Assembly: GCA_934757845.1 (NCBI GenBank)
Contig: CAKVLQ010000001.1
Location: forward strand, 72,398 to 136,397
DNA length: 64,000 nucleotides
Direction: 5' to 3'
DNA from: an uncultured Clostridia bacterium
Lineage (GTDB): Bacteria > Bacillota > Clostridia > Christensenellales > UBA1242
Position numbers and translations under genes: made by a program
Notes under the pieces: model-generated
The model's database searches: none
What the model was told of the DNA's origin: nothing
What the model saw: only the letters and a program-made list of their open reading frames with translations
In this document: one piece after another, positions 8,120 through 17,266 of the stretch
Layout of the letters: each line of letters starts with the position of its first letter
How positions within the stretch are numbered: the first letter of the stretch is position 1

Positions 8120-8899
8120 TCAATATACATTTTTTTGCAAAATGTCCAAAATGTGCGAACTTGCACCAATCAAATCTTTTCTTTCACATATTGACGATTG
8201 ATAACTCAAAAAGATTTCAAAAGTTTTTTCGTCCATTTTGTTTAAAGCGGGGCGGATATAATCAGTTGCTCCGTCAACGCCAATAATTTTTTTGCGTTTA
8301 AGCCCGGCTTTTTTGTTTAGTGCATTTATTTGTTTTATATTAGAATATGAATATAAATTTTTTATATTGTCTTTAATCAAAAAGTTTTTTGTAATTTCAC
8401 CATTTTTAATTGCACTGTTAATAAATCCGTCAACAAACCCATGTTTTATTATTGCATAATCGTTCAAAACATAAGCCACAAAAATATAACCACCATTTTT
8501 GCAAACTCGTTTTGCTTCCAAAAGTGCTTGAAGTTTGTCTTGATTGTTAAATAAATGATACATTGGTCCTAAAAGCAAAACAATATCAAAACTTTCATCT
8601 TCAAACTTTTTAAGGTTTAAAGCATTTCCCAAAAAGGCTTTAACATTCTTCCCATTTTGCTCCAAAACACGCAAATTGTGTTTTACAAGTTCAACTGCAC
8701 TCACATCATATCCCATATTTGCAAGTGGAATGCTATAAGCACCAGTGCCAGCACCAATATCCAAAACTTTTGGATTTTCAAAATCTTTCAAATATTTTGT
8801 TATATATTTATTAGTTATAAAAAATTCAACTTGACCATGACGGGTTTTTAACCTTTTGTCTTCATTAAATTTGTTATAATATTTTTCTATTTCATTCAT
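8120..8899 (-). CDS. Class I SAM-dependent methyltransferase
   Basis: Motif I VLDIGAGTGAYSIPLA and post-I acidic residue (DVSAVE). Confidence 0.75.
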   Translation of the reverse strand: MNEIEKYYNKFNEDKRLKTRHGQVEFFITNKYITKYLKDFENPKVLDIGAGTGAYSIPLANMGYDVSAVELVKHNLRVLEQNGKNVKAFLGNALNLKKFEDESFDIVLLLGPMYHLFNNQDKLQALLEAKRVCKNGGYIFVAYVLNDYAIIKHGFVDGFINSAIKNGEITKNFLIKDNIKNLYSYSNIKQINALNKKAGLKRKKIIGVDGATDYIRPALNKMDEKTFEIFLSYQSSICERKDLIGASSHILDILQKNVY

Positions 8900-9084
8900 G
8901 ATTATATTATATAAATAAAAAACATATCAAGCAAACAAAATTTGTAAATACAAAAAAATAATACAAAATTACAAATTAAAACCAATTTGATTGCAACCTT
9001 TTTTGGCAAATTTGTTGCGCAAAAATTCCTTGCAAAGGGCAAGGGGAACTTTATTAAATTTAATAATTTTGAAAAACGGAAAGG

Positions 9085-10176
9085 TTATAAAACAATCTTT
9101 CCGTTTTCAATTTTAATAATATTTGCACTTTGTTGTGGCATATCAAACTTTGTGGTTGTGATTATGGTTTGAATGTTTTGAACACGCTCAAAAAGTTTTT
9201 GTTTTCGGCTTTCGTCAAGTTCACTAAAAACATCATCTAAAAGCAAAATTGGATATTCACCAAAAACTTCTTTAAAAATTTCAAGTTCGGCAAGTTTTAT
9301 TGAAAGCAAACTTGTTCGTTGTTGACCTTGGCTTCCAAAGGCTTTAACTTCCATATTGTTCAAAAAAATTTTAATGTCATCACGATGCGGACCAACAGTG
9401 GTGTATTTAAGTTTCATATCCTTTTCATGATTTTTTGCAAGTTCTTCAAGCAAAATTTGCTCAATTTGGCTTGCATTTTTGTTTTTAAAGTTAAAGCAAG
9501 AAGAATATTCAAGTTCAAGGTTTTCTTTTCCGCCCGACAAATTAAAATGCTCGGGGCAGGCTTTTTTGCCCAAATTTTCAACAAATTCAAGCCTAAAACA
9601 AATAATTTGGCTTGCAGTGGTTGCCAGTTGATAGTCCCAAATAGGGAGTGTTTCTTTTATAGTTTCAGGGCTTCCACCTTCTTTCAAAAGTTTATTTCGC
9701 TGTTTCAAAATTTTGTTATATTTGATAAGGTGATTATAATATTCTTTGCTTAATTGTGAAATGTCAATGTCCAAAAATCGCCGTCTGTCTTCGGGGGCTT
9801 CTTTAACAAGTTTAAGTTCGCTTGGGGAAAAAAACACGCACGCCAAATTTCCAAGCATAGAACTTGTTTTTGTTATGTTAATTTCGTTAAGTTTAACAAA
9901 TTTTTGATTATCCACAAATTCAATCATAATTGAATTTGTGCCATTATTTTTTTCAAAATCAATCAAAATTTTTGCATTTTTGCTTTCGGTTTTTATCATT
10001 TCTTTTTCGTTTTTGGTTTTAAAACTCTTTCCAATGCACGAAAAATATATGCTCTCAAGTAAATTTGTTTTTCCTTGTGCGTTGTCGCCAAGCAAAATGT
10101 TAATATTTGGCGACAAAACAAATTTTTCAAAAGCATAATTTCGATAGTTTCTTAATTCCACAAATTTTATTTGCAT
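9085..10176 (-). CDS. recF: DNA replication/repair protein RecF
   Basis: N-terminal LLGDNAQGKTNLLESIYF (Walker A), signature GSQGQQRTSLLSIKLAELE, Walker B PILLLDDVFSELD. Confidence 0.92.
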   Translation of the reverse strand: MQIKFVELRNYRNYAFEKFVLSPNINILLGDNAQGKTNLLESIYFSCIGKSFKTKNEKEMIKTESKNAKILIDFEKNNGTNSIMIEFVDNQKFVKLNEINITKTSSMLGNLACVFFSPSELKLVKEAPEDRRRFLDIDISQLSKEYYNHLIKYNKILKQRNKLLKEGGSPETIKETLPIWDYQLATTASQIICFRLEFVENLGKKACPEHFNLSGGKENLELEYSSCFNFKNKNASQIEQILLEELAKNHEKDMKLKYTTVGPHRDDIKIFLNNMEVKAFGSQGQQRTSLLSIKLAELEIFKEVFGEYPILLLDDVFSELDESRKQKLFERVQNIQTIITTTKFDMPQQSANIIKIENGKIVL

Positions 10177-10324
10177 ATATATTTTATTATATCAAAATAA
10201 AAAGTTTTTTCAAATAATATTTAGTTTTAAATTTTGTTGTTTTAAATTGAAAAAAACTAAACTTTAATTTAATTGACAAAAGTTGTTTGTTGCGTTAAAA
10301 TAAAACTACTTAAAAGGACAAAAT

Positions 10325-11695
10325 ATGATAAAGTTATGTGAAAATTGGAACAATGTTTTAAGTTTGCTTGAAAAGGAAGTTACAGCAGTAAGTTTCGACC
10401 TTTGGCTTAAACCATTAAAACCTTTAGCAGTTAAAGATGATGAAATTATAATTTATGCTCAAAGCGAAGCGTGCAAAAATCAGTGTGAGCGTAATTTTTT
10501 GAGTTTAATTAGATTTGCATTAGATTCAACCTTTGGAAATGAGTATAAGGGCTTTAAAATAATCACTGGCGAAGAAGAAAAAAATAAATATGCTGAAAAT
10601 GAACTTGTTGGGGAAGTTCCCGAGGTTCAAAAAAAATCTTCAAATAATTTTAGAACAAACCTAAACAGCAAATATACATTTTCAAACTTTGTTGTTGGCA
10701 AAAGCAATCAAATTGTTTATGCCGCCGCAAAAAATGTGGCAGACTATCCAGCAGCAAGGTTCAATCCGCTTTTCATATACGGCGGAGTTGGTCTTGGCAA
10801 AACGCACTTGCTTCATGCCATTGGAAATCAAATAACTCAAGACAATCCAGACATGAAAGTTTTGTATGTTACTTGTGAACAATTTACAAACGATTATATT
10901 GACGCAATAAGAAGCAATTTCAAAGACAATGCAATTTCGGTGTTTAGGGATAAATATCGAAATGTTGATGTTTTGCTTATTGATGATATTCAATTTATTT
11001 CAAAAAAGATTGAAACGCAAGAAAATTTCTTTCACACATTTAATGATTTGTATGGACAAAACAAACAAATTGTTATTGCTTCCGACCGCCCACCCAAAGA
11101 AATTGAAACTTTAAGTGATAGGCTTCGAAGCAGGTTGCTTTCTGGCATGATTCAAGATATTGGTCAACCAGATTTTGAAACAAGAGTTGCTATTTTAATG
11201 AAAAAAGCACAACTTGAAAACCTTAATGTTCAAAGTGAAGTTATTGACTATCTTGCTGAAAAATATGACACAAATGTTAGAGAGTTAGAAGGTTGTTTGA
11301 GCAAGGTTGTGTTTTATGCAAACTTAATTGGTCATCATTTTGCGGGAATTGAAGATGCAAAAGTTGCTTTAAAAAACTTTGAAGAAGACAATTCACCAAA
11401 AATTACAATCGACCGAATTATTGATGTTTGTTGTGAATATTATGATGTTGACAAAGACGATTTAACGGGCAAAAAGAAAAGCAAAGAAATTGTTGACCCA
11501 AGGCAAATTTGTATGTATTTGATAACTGAAATTTTGAACACGCCACTAAAAACCATTGGCGGAGTGTTTGGGCGAGATCACACAACAGTTATGCACGCAA
11601 GGGATAAAGTTCAACGAATGATAAAAGATGACGCAAACCTTAAAAGTGAAATTAGTGAACTTAAAGAAATTATAAGGCAAAAAGAAAACAACTAG
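10325..11695 (+). CDS. dnaA: Chromosomal replication initiator DnaA
   Basis: NPLFIYGGVGLGKTHLLHAIGN, LLIDDIQF, RELEGCL, and C-terminal DNA-binding region GGVFGRDHTTVMHARDKV. Confidence 0.97.
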   Translation: MIKLCENWNNVLSLLEKEVTAVSFDLWLKPLKPLAVKDDEIIIYAQSEACKNQCERNFLSLIRFALDSTFGNEYKGFKIITGEEEKNKYAENELVGEVPEVQKKSSNNFRTNLNSKYTFSNFVVGKSNQIVYAAAKNVADYPAARFNPLFIYGGVGLGKTHLLHAIGNQITQDNPDMKVLYVTCEQFTNDYIDAIRSNFKDNAISVFRDKYRNVDVLLIDDIQFISKKIETQENFFHTFNDLYGQNKQIVIASDRPPKEIETLSDRLRSRLLSGMIQDIGQPDFETRVAILMKKAQLENLNVQSEVIDYLAEKYDTNVRELEGCLSKVVFYANLIGHHFAGIEDAKVALKNFEEDNSPKITIDRIIDVCCEYYDVDKDDLTGKKKSKEIVDPRQICMYLITEILNTPLKTIGGVFGRDHTTVMHARDKVQRMIKDDANLKSEISELKEIIRQKENN

Positions 11696-11795
11696 AAAAA
11701 TTGCGAAAAATATAATAAAAATGTTTATAAGTTGCTTTGACAAAACAAAAATAAATTTGATAAAATAAAGTATATAATTATTAAGGAGATAAAAT

Positions 11796-12920
11796 ATGGG
11801 ATTATTTAAAAAAATTAAACGACAACTTTTGGAAGTAATTGAATATAAAAATGAAGACCGAAACCAAATGGTTTGGCGTTATCCATTAACTGACAGAGAT
11901 GAAATTATGAATCAATCAACTTTGGTTGTTCGTGAAAGCCAAGTTGCAATTTTTGTTCATAAAGGAATTATTTGTGATGTTTTTGAAGCAGGAACTTACA
12001 AATTAACAACCGAGAATATTCCATTTTTAACAAAAGCATTAAGTTTGCCAACAGGTTTTAACAGCCCAATTAAGGCAGAAGTTTATTTTGTTAACACAAG
12101 ACAATTCACTGGTTTAAAATGGGGAACTCAAAATCCAGTTATGCTTCGTGATGCCGATTTTGGAAATGTTCGTGTTAGGGGATATGGTATTTATTCAATA
12201 AAAGTTGATGATGCAAAAACATTCTTAAAAGAAATGTTTGGCACTCATTCAAGTTTTTCTGTTGACGATGTTGCTGGGCAAATAAGACCTATGCTTCTTT
12301 CAAGTTTGACTGATGCGATTGGTGAAAGCAAAATTAGTGCCCTAGACCTTGCAAGCAAATATCAAGAACTTGGCGATTTGGTTAAAAACGCATCTACTGA
12401 TAGTTTTGCAAAACTAGGTTTAATGCTTTGCTCTTTTGTTATTGAAAACATTTCACTTCCAGAAGAAGTTGAAAAAGCCCTTGATGAACGAACAAAACTT
12501 GGCGTTATGGAAGACAAGATTGGAACATACACAAGATTAAAAGCGGCAGATGCTTTGAAAGACGCAGCAAACAATCCAAGTGGCAACAATTTGGCAGGGC
12601 TTGGCGTTGGTCTTTCTGCTGGGGCTTCTATGGGCAACATTTTTGCTCAAAATTTAAGTGGCGAAAATCCAACAAAAGAAAATGTTACAGTTTGCACAAA
12701 TTGTGGTGCTAAAATAAAAAAGGGTGCAAAATTTTGCAGTGAATGTGGTGAAAAACAAGGTTTTAGTTGCCCTAATTGCGGAACAGAAGTAAGAAAAAAT
12801 GCAAAATTCTGTCCAGAATGCGGAACAAAACTAACAAAAGATGAAAAAGTTTGCGAATGTGGCGAAAAACTTGGTGCTCAAGAAAAATTTTGTCCAAAAT
12901 GCGGAAAAGAAGTTAAATAA
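11796..12920 (+). CDS. SPFH/band-7 domain protein with C-terminal multiple zinc ribbons (YdjI/COG4260-like)
   Basis: The N-terminal body resembles the YdjI-type SPFH family. The C-terminus carries three CxxC-x(9-11)-CxxC double zinc-ribbon units (CTNCGAKIKKGAKFCSECG, and others). Confidence 0.8.
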   Translation: MGLFKKIKRQLLEVIEYKNEDRNQMVWRYPLTDRDEIMNQSTLVVRESQVAIFVHKGIICDVFEAGTYKLTTENIPFLTKALSLPTGFNSPIKAEVYFVNTRQFTGLKWGTQNPVMLRDADFGNVRVRGYGIYSIKVDDAKTFLKEMFGTHSSFSVDDVAGQIRPMLLSSLTDAIGESKISALDLASKYQELGDLVKNASTDSFAKLGLMLCSFVIENISLPEEVEKALDERTKLGVMEDKIGTYTRLKAADALKDAANNPSGNNLAGLGVGLSAGASMGNIFAQNLSGENPTKENVTVCTNCGAKIKKGAKFCSECGEKQGFSCPNCGTEVRKNAKFCPECGTKLTKDEKVCECGEKLGAQEKFCPKCGKEVK

Positions 12921-13975
12921 TGGGTGTTAAAAAAACAAATATAAAATGTTTAGGCTGTGGCGGAGAACTAAAATTTTCTCCGCAAAACCAGGCACTAATT
13001 TGTGCTAATTGTGGCAGAATTCATAAGTTTGAAACAAAAAACAATGTTTTAAAATTTGATTATAACAATGAAAATTTAAAGCAATCAAATCAATCAAAAG
13101 TTGCCAAAACCACAAATTGTTCAAATTGTGGAGCAAGCCTTAATGTTTTGGAAAAAGAAATAACCAAAACTTGTCCATATTGCAGTAGCAACTTTGTTTT
13201 GGATAAATCAGAAATTATTGGGCTTAAACCAAATAATATTATTCCATTTACTTTTTCAAAGGAAAAAGCGATTGAATATTACAAAAAAAATGTTAAGCAC
13301 AAATGGTTTTTGCCAAACAAATTCAAAAAAAATCCTAATGTAGATAATGTTACGGGAACATATATTTCGTGTTTTTCGTTTGATAGCAACACATTTTCTA
13401 ATTATAATGGCGCTTTGTCAATCGACCACACGCATTATCGTGATGGAAAATCTTACACAACAACCGAAACAAAATATATTCAAGGAACAAAAAGTCTTAA
13501 TTTTGAAGATTTTTTGGTTGAAAGCAGTAGTTTAACAAATCAAGGTTCGTTTGAAGAAATAAAACCGTATGTTGTTAGTCCTGACACTTGCTTTGAATAT
13601 GATGAAAACTTTTTGCGTGGTTATAGCGTTGAAAGTTATGATAATGATATTGAGAATTGCAAAAAAATAAGTGAAGAACTTATGAAAGTGCAAATAAAAA
13701 ATAATATTTTGTCGGGTTATCACTATTCTAGGGTGCAATATTTCAATTTAACAACAACATTTGATAACAACAAATATTCATATATTTTGCTTCCAATTTA
13801 TTTTATTAACTTTAATTATAAAAACAAAACTTACCGAACATATCTTAACGGGCAAACAGGAAAGATAGGAAACGACCTTCCAAAAAGCAAAGTTAAAATT
13901 GCTTTTGCTGTTTTGCTTGGAATTTTGTTCGTTATTGGAATGATTTTGCTGTTTATGTTTATGCCAGAAGGCTAA
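12920..13975 (+). CDS. Zinc-ribbon protein with C-terminal TM anchor (YdjG-like)
   Basis: CLGCGG...CANCG and CSNCGA...CPYCSS ribbons, C-terminal TM IAFAVLLGILFVIGMILLFMF. The start overlaps the upstream stop (TAATGG). Confidence 0.6.
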   Translation: MGVKKTNIKCLGCGGELKFSPQNQALICANCGRIHKFETKNNVLKFDYNNENLKQSNQSKVAKTTNCSNCGASLNVLEKEITKTCPYCSSNFVLDKSEIIGLKPNNIIPFTFSKEKAIEYYKKNVKHKWFLPNKFKKNPNVDNVTGTYISCFSFDSNTFSNYNGALSIDHTHYRDGKSYTTTETKYIQGTKSLNFEDFLVESSSLTNQGSFEEIKPYVVSPDTCFEYDENFLRGYSVESYDNDIENCKKISEELMKVQIKNNILSGYHYSRVQYFNLTTTFDNNKYSYILLPIYFINFNYKNKTYRTYLNGQTGKIGNDLPKSKVKIAFAVLLGILFVIGMILLFMFMPEG

Positions 13976-14020
13976 AATTAAATTTATTTTAAAATTGTAG
14001 TATTAAAAATAAAAAACAAA

Positions 14021-14048
14021 AAAAACTCTTAAAAAAGAGTTTTTTTTA
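14021..14048 (+). terminator. Rho-independent terminator
   Basis: AAAAACTCTT-AAAA-AAGAGTTTTT hairpin plus a T-run. Confidence 0.75.
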
Positions 14049-14196
14049 TTCATTATCACCAAAAATTGGCTGAATATAAGCATAAAAATTATATTATGAA
14101 ACGGTGAACAAAAATTTTTTGAGTATTTGAACGCCCAGCATAATATTAACTTAAATTCTATTATTGGAAGTTAAGGGTAATGTGAGCATTAATTTT

Positions 14197-14469
14197 TTAA
14201 TTTCTTTCTTCAAATTCTTTCATGCCTTTTTCAACTTGGGTTTTAAAATTTGGGTCTAGCATGAACAAAAGCGATAATAATTCGCCAACGTGCACTTCTT
14301 CTTCGTGTTTAATAGAAAGCCATGTGTTTTTTGCAGTTTGCGAAGTGGCTTCACGGGCGTGCTCGTCATATTGAATTATTGCTTCAAGTTCACCGGTTAA
14401 GTCAAGTGCTGCTTTGTTAAAATCATCACTCGTGTTAAGTTTAAAACTTTTATAAAACATTTTTTGCAT
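14197..14469 (-). CDS. Small ferritin-like protein resembling encapsulated-ferritin (EncFtn/Flp) family
   Basis: LTGELEAIIQYDEH ... HEEEVHVGELLSLL ... DPNF matches, from memory, the ELEAxxxY / EExxH di-iron pattern of EncFtn-type proteins. AAGGAG RBS present. Confidence 0.5.
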   Translation of the reverse strand: MQKMFYKSFKLNTSDDFNKAALDLTGELEAIIQYDEHAREATSQTAKNTWLSIKHEEEVHVGELLSLLFMLDPNFKTQVEKGMKEFEERN

Positions 14470-14596
14470 AATTTCTCCTTTTTAATCTATATGAAACAAT
14501 CTTTTTGTTTGACACAATAAAAAATTTATTTTTTAAATGTTTAAAACATTATTAAATTTATTTTTAAAAATGATAATAATTTAATATAATATAATT

Positions 14597-17203
14597 ATGA
14601 AAAACCAAAATAATAAAAAAGAAGAAAAATTGAAGAAAAAAAATATTCAAAAAAAAGAGGACAAAAAAGAAAATAAAAAAGTTTTGGAAAATGAAAGGGC
14701 ATTAGATGTTAATGCAAACCTTGAAAATGCACAAAATATTCAAGAACTAGCCTTTCAAGAGAGCAAAATTGAAGACACAAAAACTGATACAAAAAAAGAT
14801 AACAAAATTGTTGTTTGTTCAAAACTTTCAAAAGCCGATATAAAACGAATAAAAAAACTGAAAAAAAGCAAAAGTTATAACATATTGCACGCCGAAAGAT
14901 ATAATCCAAGTTTAAGTGAAGGGTTAACTCATGAGCAAGTTTGTGAAAGAATTGAAAACGGATATATTAATTATTACGAAACAAATAACACAAAAACATA
15001 CAGAAGTATATTCTTTTCAAACATTTTCACATTTTTCAATTTGTTATGCTTTTTAATTGCAACAGCATTAATTTTGGTTGGTTCGTTTAACAATTTGTTT
15101 TTTGCAATAATTTTTATTTGCAATATGTTTATTGGAATTATTCAAGAGATAAAAGCAAAAAAAACTGTTGAAAAAATAAGTTTGGTAACTTCACCCACTG
15201 CAAAAGTTATAAGAGAAGGGAAAAAGCAAGAGATAAAAACCAATGAAGTTGTGCTTGACGACATTTTAGTTTATGAATTTGGAAATCAAATTTGCACCGA
15301 CAGCATAGTTATGAAAGGTGAAATTGAAGTGAACGAAAGTTTGCTTACAGGCGAAAGTGATTCAATCAAAAAGAAAAAAGGCGATATGCTTTTGGCTGGA
15401 AGTTTTGTTACAAGTGGAAGTTGCATTGCAAAAGCCGAAAAAGTTGCCGAAGAAAACTTTACAAGCAAATTAACATTAAAAGCAAAAAAATATACAAAAC
15501 CAAAAAGTGAATTGTTGTCAAGTTTAAGGTTGATAATTAAAGTTGTTGGAGTTCTTATAATTCCACTAGGGGTGGCAATATTTTTTAACAACAAGGCTCT
15601 AATTGGAAATGACCTTAAACTTTTGGTTACAAAATCGGCAGGTTCGGTTATTGGAATGATTCCTGCGGGGTTATTCTTGCTTACAAGTTTGGCATTAGCG
15701 GTTGGAGTTATTAAACTTGCCAAAAAGAAAACTTTGGTGCAAGATTTGTATGGAATAGAAATGCTTTCAAGGGCAAGCGTTTTGTGTCTTGACAAAACTG
15801 GAACAATCACTGACGGAACAATGGTTGTTAAGCAAATAAAAATGCTTCAAAAGCAAGATGACCTTAAACAAATTTTAAGTTCACTTCTTGCCAGCATGAA
15901 AACACCAAATCAAACCTTTAATGCTTTAAAAAATTATTTTGGGGAAGAAAAAGTTTTTGAAAGCGACAAAGTTATTGAATTTAATTCGGCAAAAAAGTTT
16001 AGTGCTGTAAGTTTTAAAAACGAAAAAACTTATGTTTTGGGTGCGCCAGAATTTGTTTACAGAAACAAAGACAAAAAAGTTACAAATTATGTTAATGCTT
16101 ATGCAAAAGAAGGATATAGAGTTTTGATATTGTGTGAAACAAGTGAAAAACTTGACAAAAACCTTCCAAAAAACTTAACTCCAATTTGTTTGATTATGCT
16201 TGATGAAAAAATACGAAAAGAAGCAAAAGACACAATCGCTTGGTTTAATGCAAACGGAGTTCAAGTTAAAATTATAAGTGGAGATAATCCGCTAACTGTT
16301 AGCGAAATAAGCAAAAAAGTTGGTGTTGTTGGTGCTGATAAATATATAAGTTTGGAAGGCATGACAAATCAACAAGTTATGGAAATTGCAGGTGAATATA
16401 ACATTTTTGGCCGTGTAAGCCCTGAACAAAAACAAATTTTGGTTAAAGCCCTAAAAAATATGGGGCATAATGTTGCAATGACCGGCGATGGAGTTAACGA
16501 TATTTTGGCTTTAAAAGAAGCCGATTGTTCAATTTCGGTTGCGTCTGGAAGTGAAGCTGCCCGAAATGTTAGCCACCTAGTTTTGTTAGATTCTAACTTT
16601 TTAAATCTTCCTGCCGTTGTGGGTGAAGGAAGACGAGTGGTTAACAATATTGTTAATTCTGCAAGTTTGTTTTTGATGAAAACATTTTTCACTTTGGTTT
16701 TAACCATTTTCTGTTTAATTATAAACATAAACTATCCCTTCACGCCAAATCAAATTATTCTTCTAGAATTTTTCACAATAGGCGTTCCGTCATTTATGCT
16801 GGCACTTCAACCAAATCAAGACAAAATAAAAGGCAAATTCATCAACAAAGTTGCATTAAAAAGTGTTTGTTATGGTCTTGTTTTGTTCATAACTTTCATT
16901 GCGTGCTTCTTGTTTGACAAATATTTGGGAACAAATTGCTATGAAACATTAGCCTCACTATCAATAACTTTTGTTGGTCTTGTTATCTTGCTAAAAATTT
17001 GCACCCCACTTAATATGTATCGTGCAGTTTTGGTTGTTGGCATGATTGCCTTAACGGCTTTAGCACTTTTGATTTTGCCATACGAAAGTTTCTTTGGATA
17101 TGTCCCACTAACAATCACACACAAAATTTTTATTGCAATGCTAACATTTATTAGTTTTGCAGTGCTTTATAGTCCATTATTATTCAAACAAAAAAAATCT
17201 TAA
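14597..17203 (+). CDS. Cation-translocating P-type ATPase (E1-E2, HAD-IC) with Lys-rich N-terminal extension
   Basis: DKTGTITDG phosphorylation motif, TGES, MTGDGVNDILALKEADCSI, about 10 TM segments. The first ~100 aa are K/E/N-rich low-complexity sequence. Confidence 0.9.
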   Translation: MKNQNNKKEEKLKKKNIQKKEDKKENKKVLENERALDVNANLENAQNIQELAFQESKIEDTKTDTKKDNKIVVCSKLSKADIKRIKKLKKSKSYNILHAERYNPSLSEGLTHEQVCERIENGYINYYETNNTKTYRSIFFSNIFTFFNLLCFLIATALILVGSFNNLFFAIIFICNMFIGIIQEIKAKKTVEKISLVTSPTAKVIREGKKQEIKTNEVVLDDILVYEFGNQICTDSIVMKGEIEVNESLLTGESDSIKKKKGDMLLAGSFVTSGSCIAKAEKVAEENFTSKLTLKAKKYTKPKSELLSSLRLIIKVVGVLIIPLGVAIFFNNKALIGNDLKLLVTKSAGSVIGMIPAGLFLLTSLALAVGVIKLAKKKTLVQDLYGIEMLSRASVLCLDKTGTITDGTMVVKQIKMLQKQDDLKQILSSLLASMKTPNQTFNALKNYFGEEKVFESDKVIEFNSAKKFSAVSFKNEKTYVLGAPEFVYRNKDKKVTNYVNAYAKEGYRVLILCETSEKLDKNLPKNLTPICLIMLDEKIRKEAKDTIAWFNANGVQVKIISGDNPLTVSEISKKVGVVGADKYISLEGMTNQQVMEIAGEYNIFGRVSPEQKQILVKALKNMGHNVAMTGDGVNDILALKEADCSISVASGSEAARNVSHLVLLDSNFLNLPAVVGEGRRVVNNIVNSASLFLMKTFFTLVLTIFCLIININYPFTPNQIILLEFFTIGVPSFMLALQPNQDKIKGKFINKVALKSVCYGLVLFITFIACFLFDKYLGTNCYETLASLSITFVGLVILLKICTPLNMYRAVLVVGMIALTALALLILPYESFFGYVPLTITHKIFIAMLTFISFAVLYSPLLFKQKKS

Positions 17204-17266
17204 AAAACCCTTTATTTTTTCATTTTGTTGTGATATAATTTAAGGTTTTTAAAAGGAAGAAAAGAT

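Noticed and set aside
9908-9916. Perfect DnaA box TTATCCACA as an origin marker
   Set aside because: It is a single box located inside the recF coding sequence, with no neighbouring boxes or AT-rich unwinding element visible. That is insufficient to call oriC.
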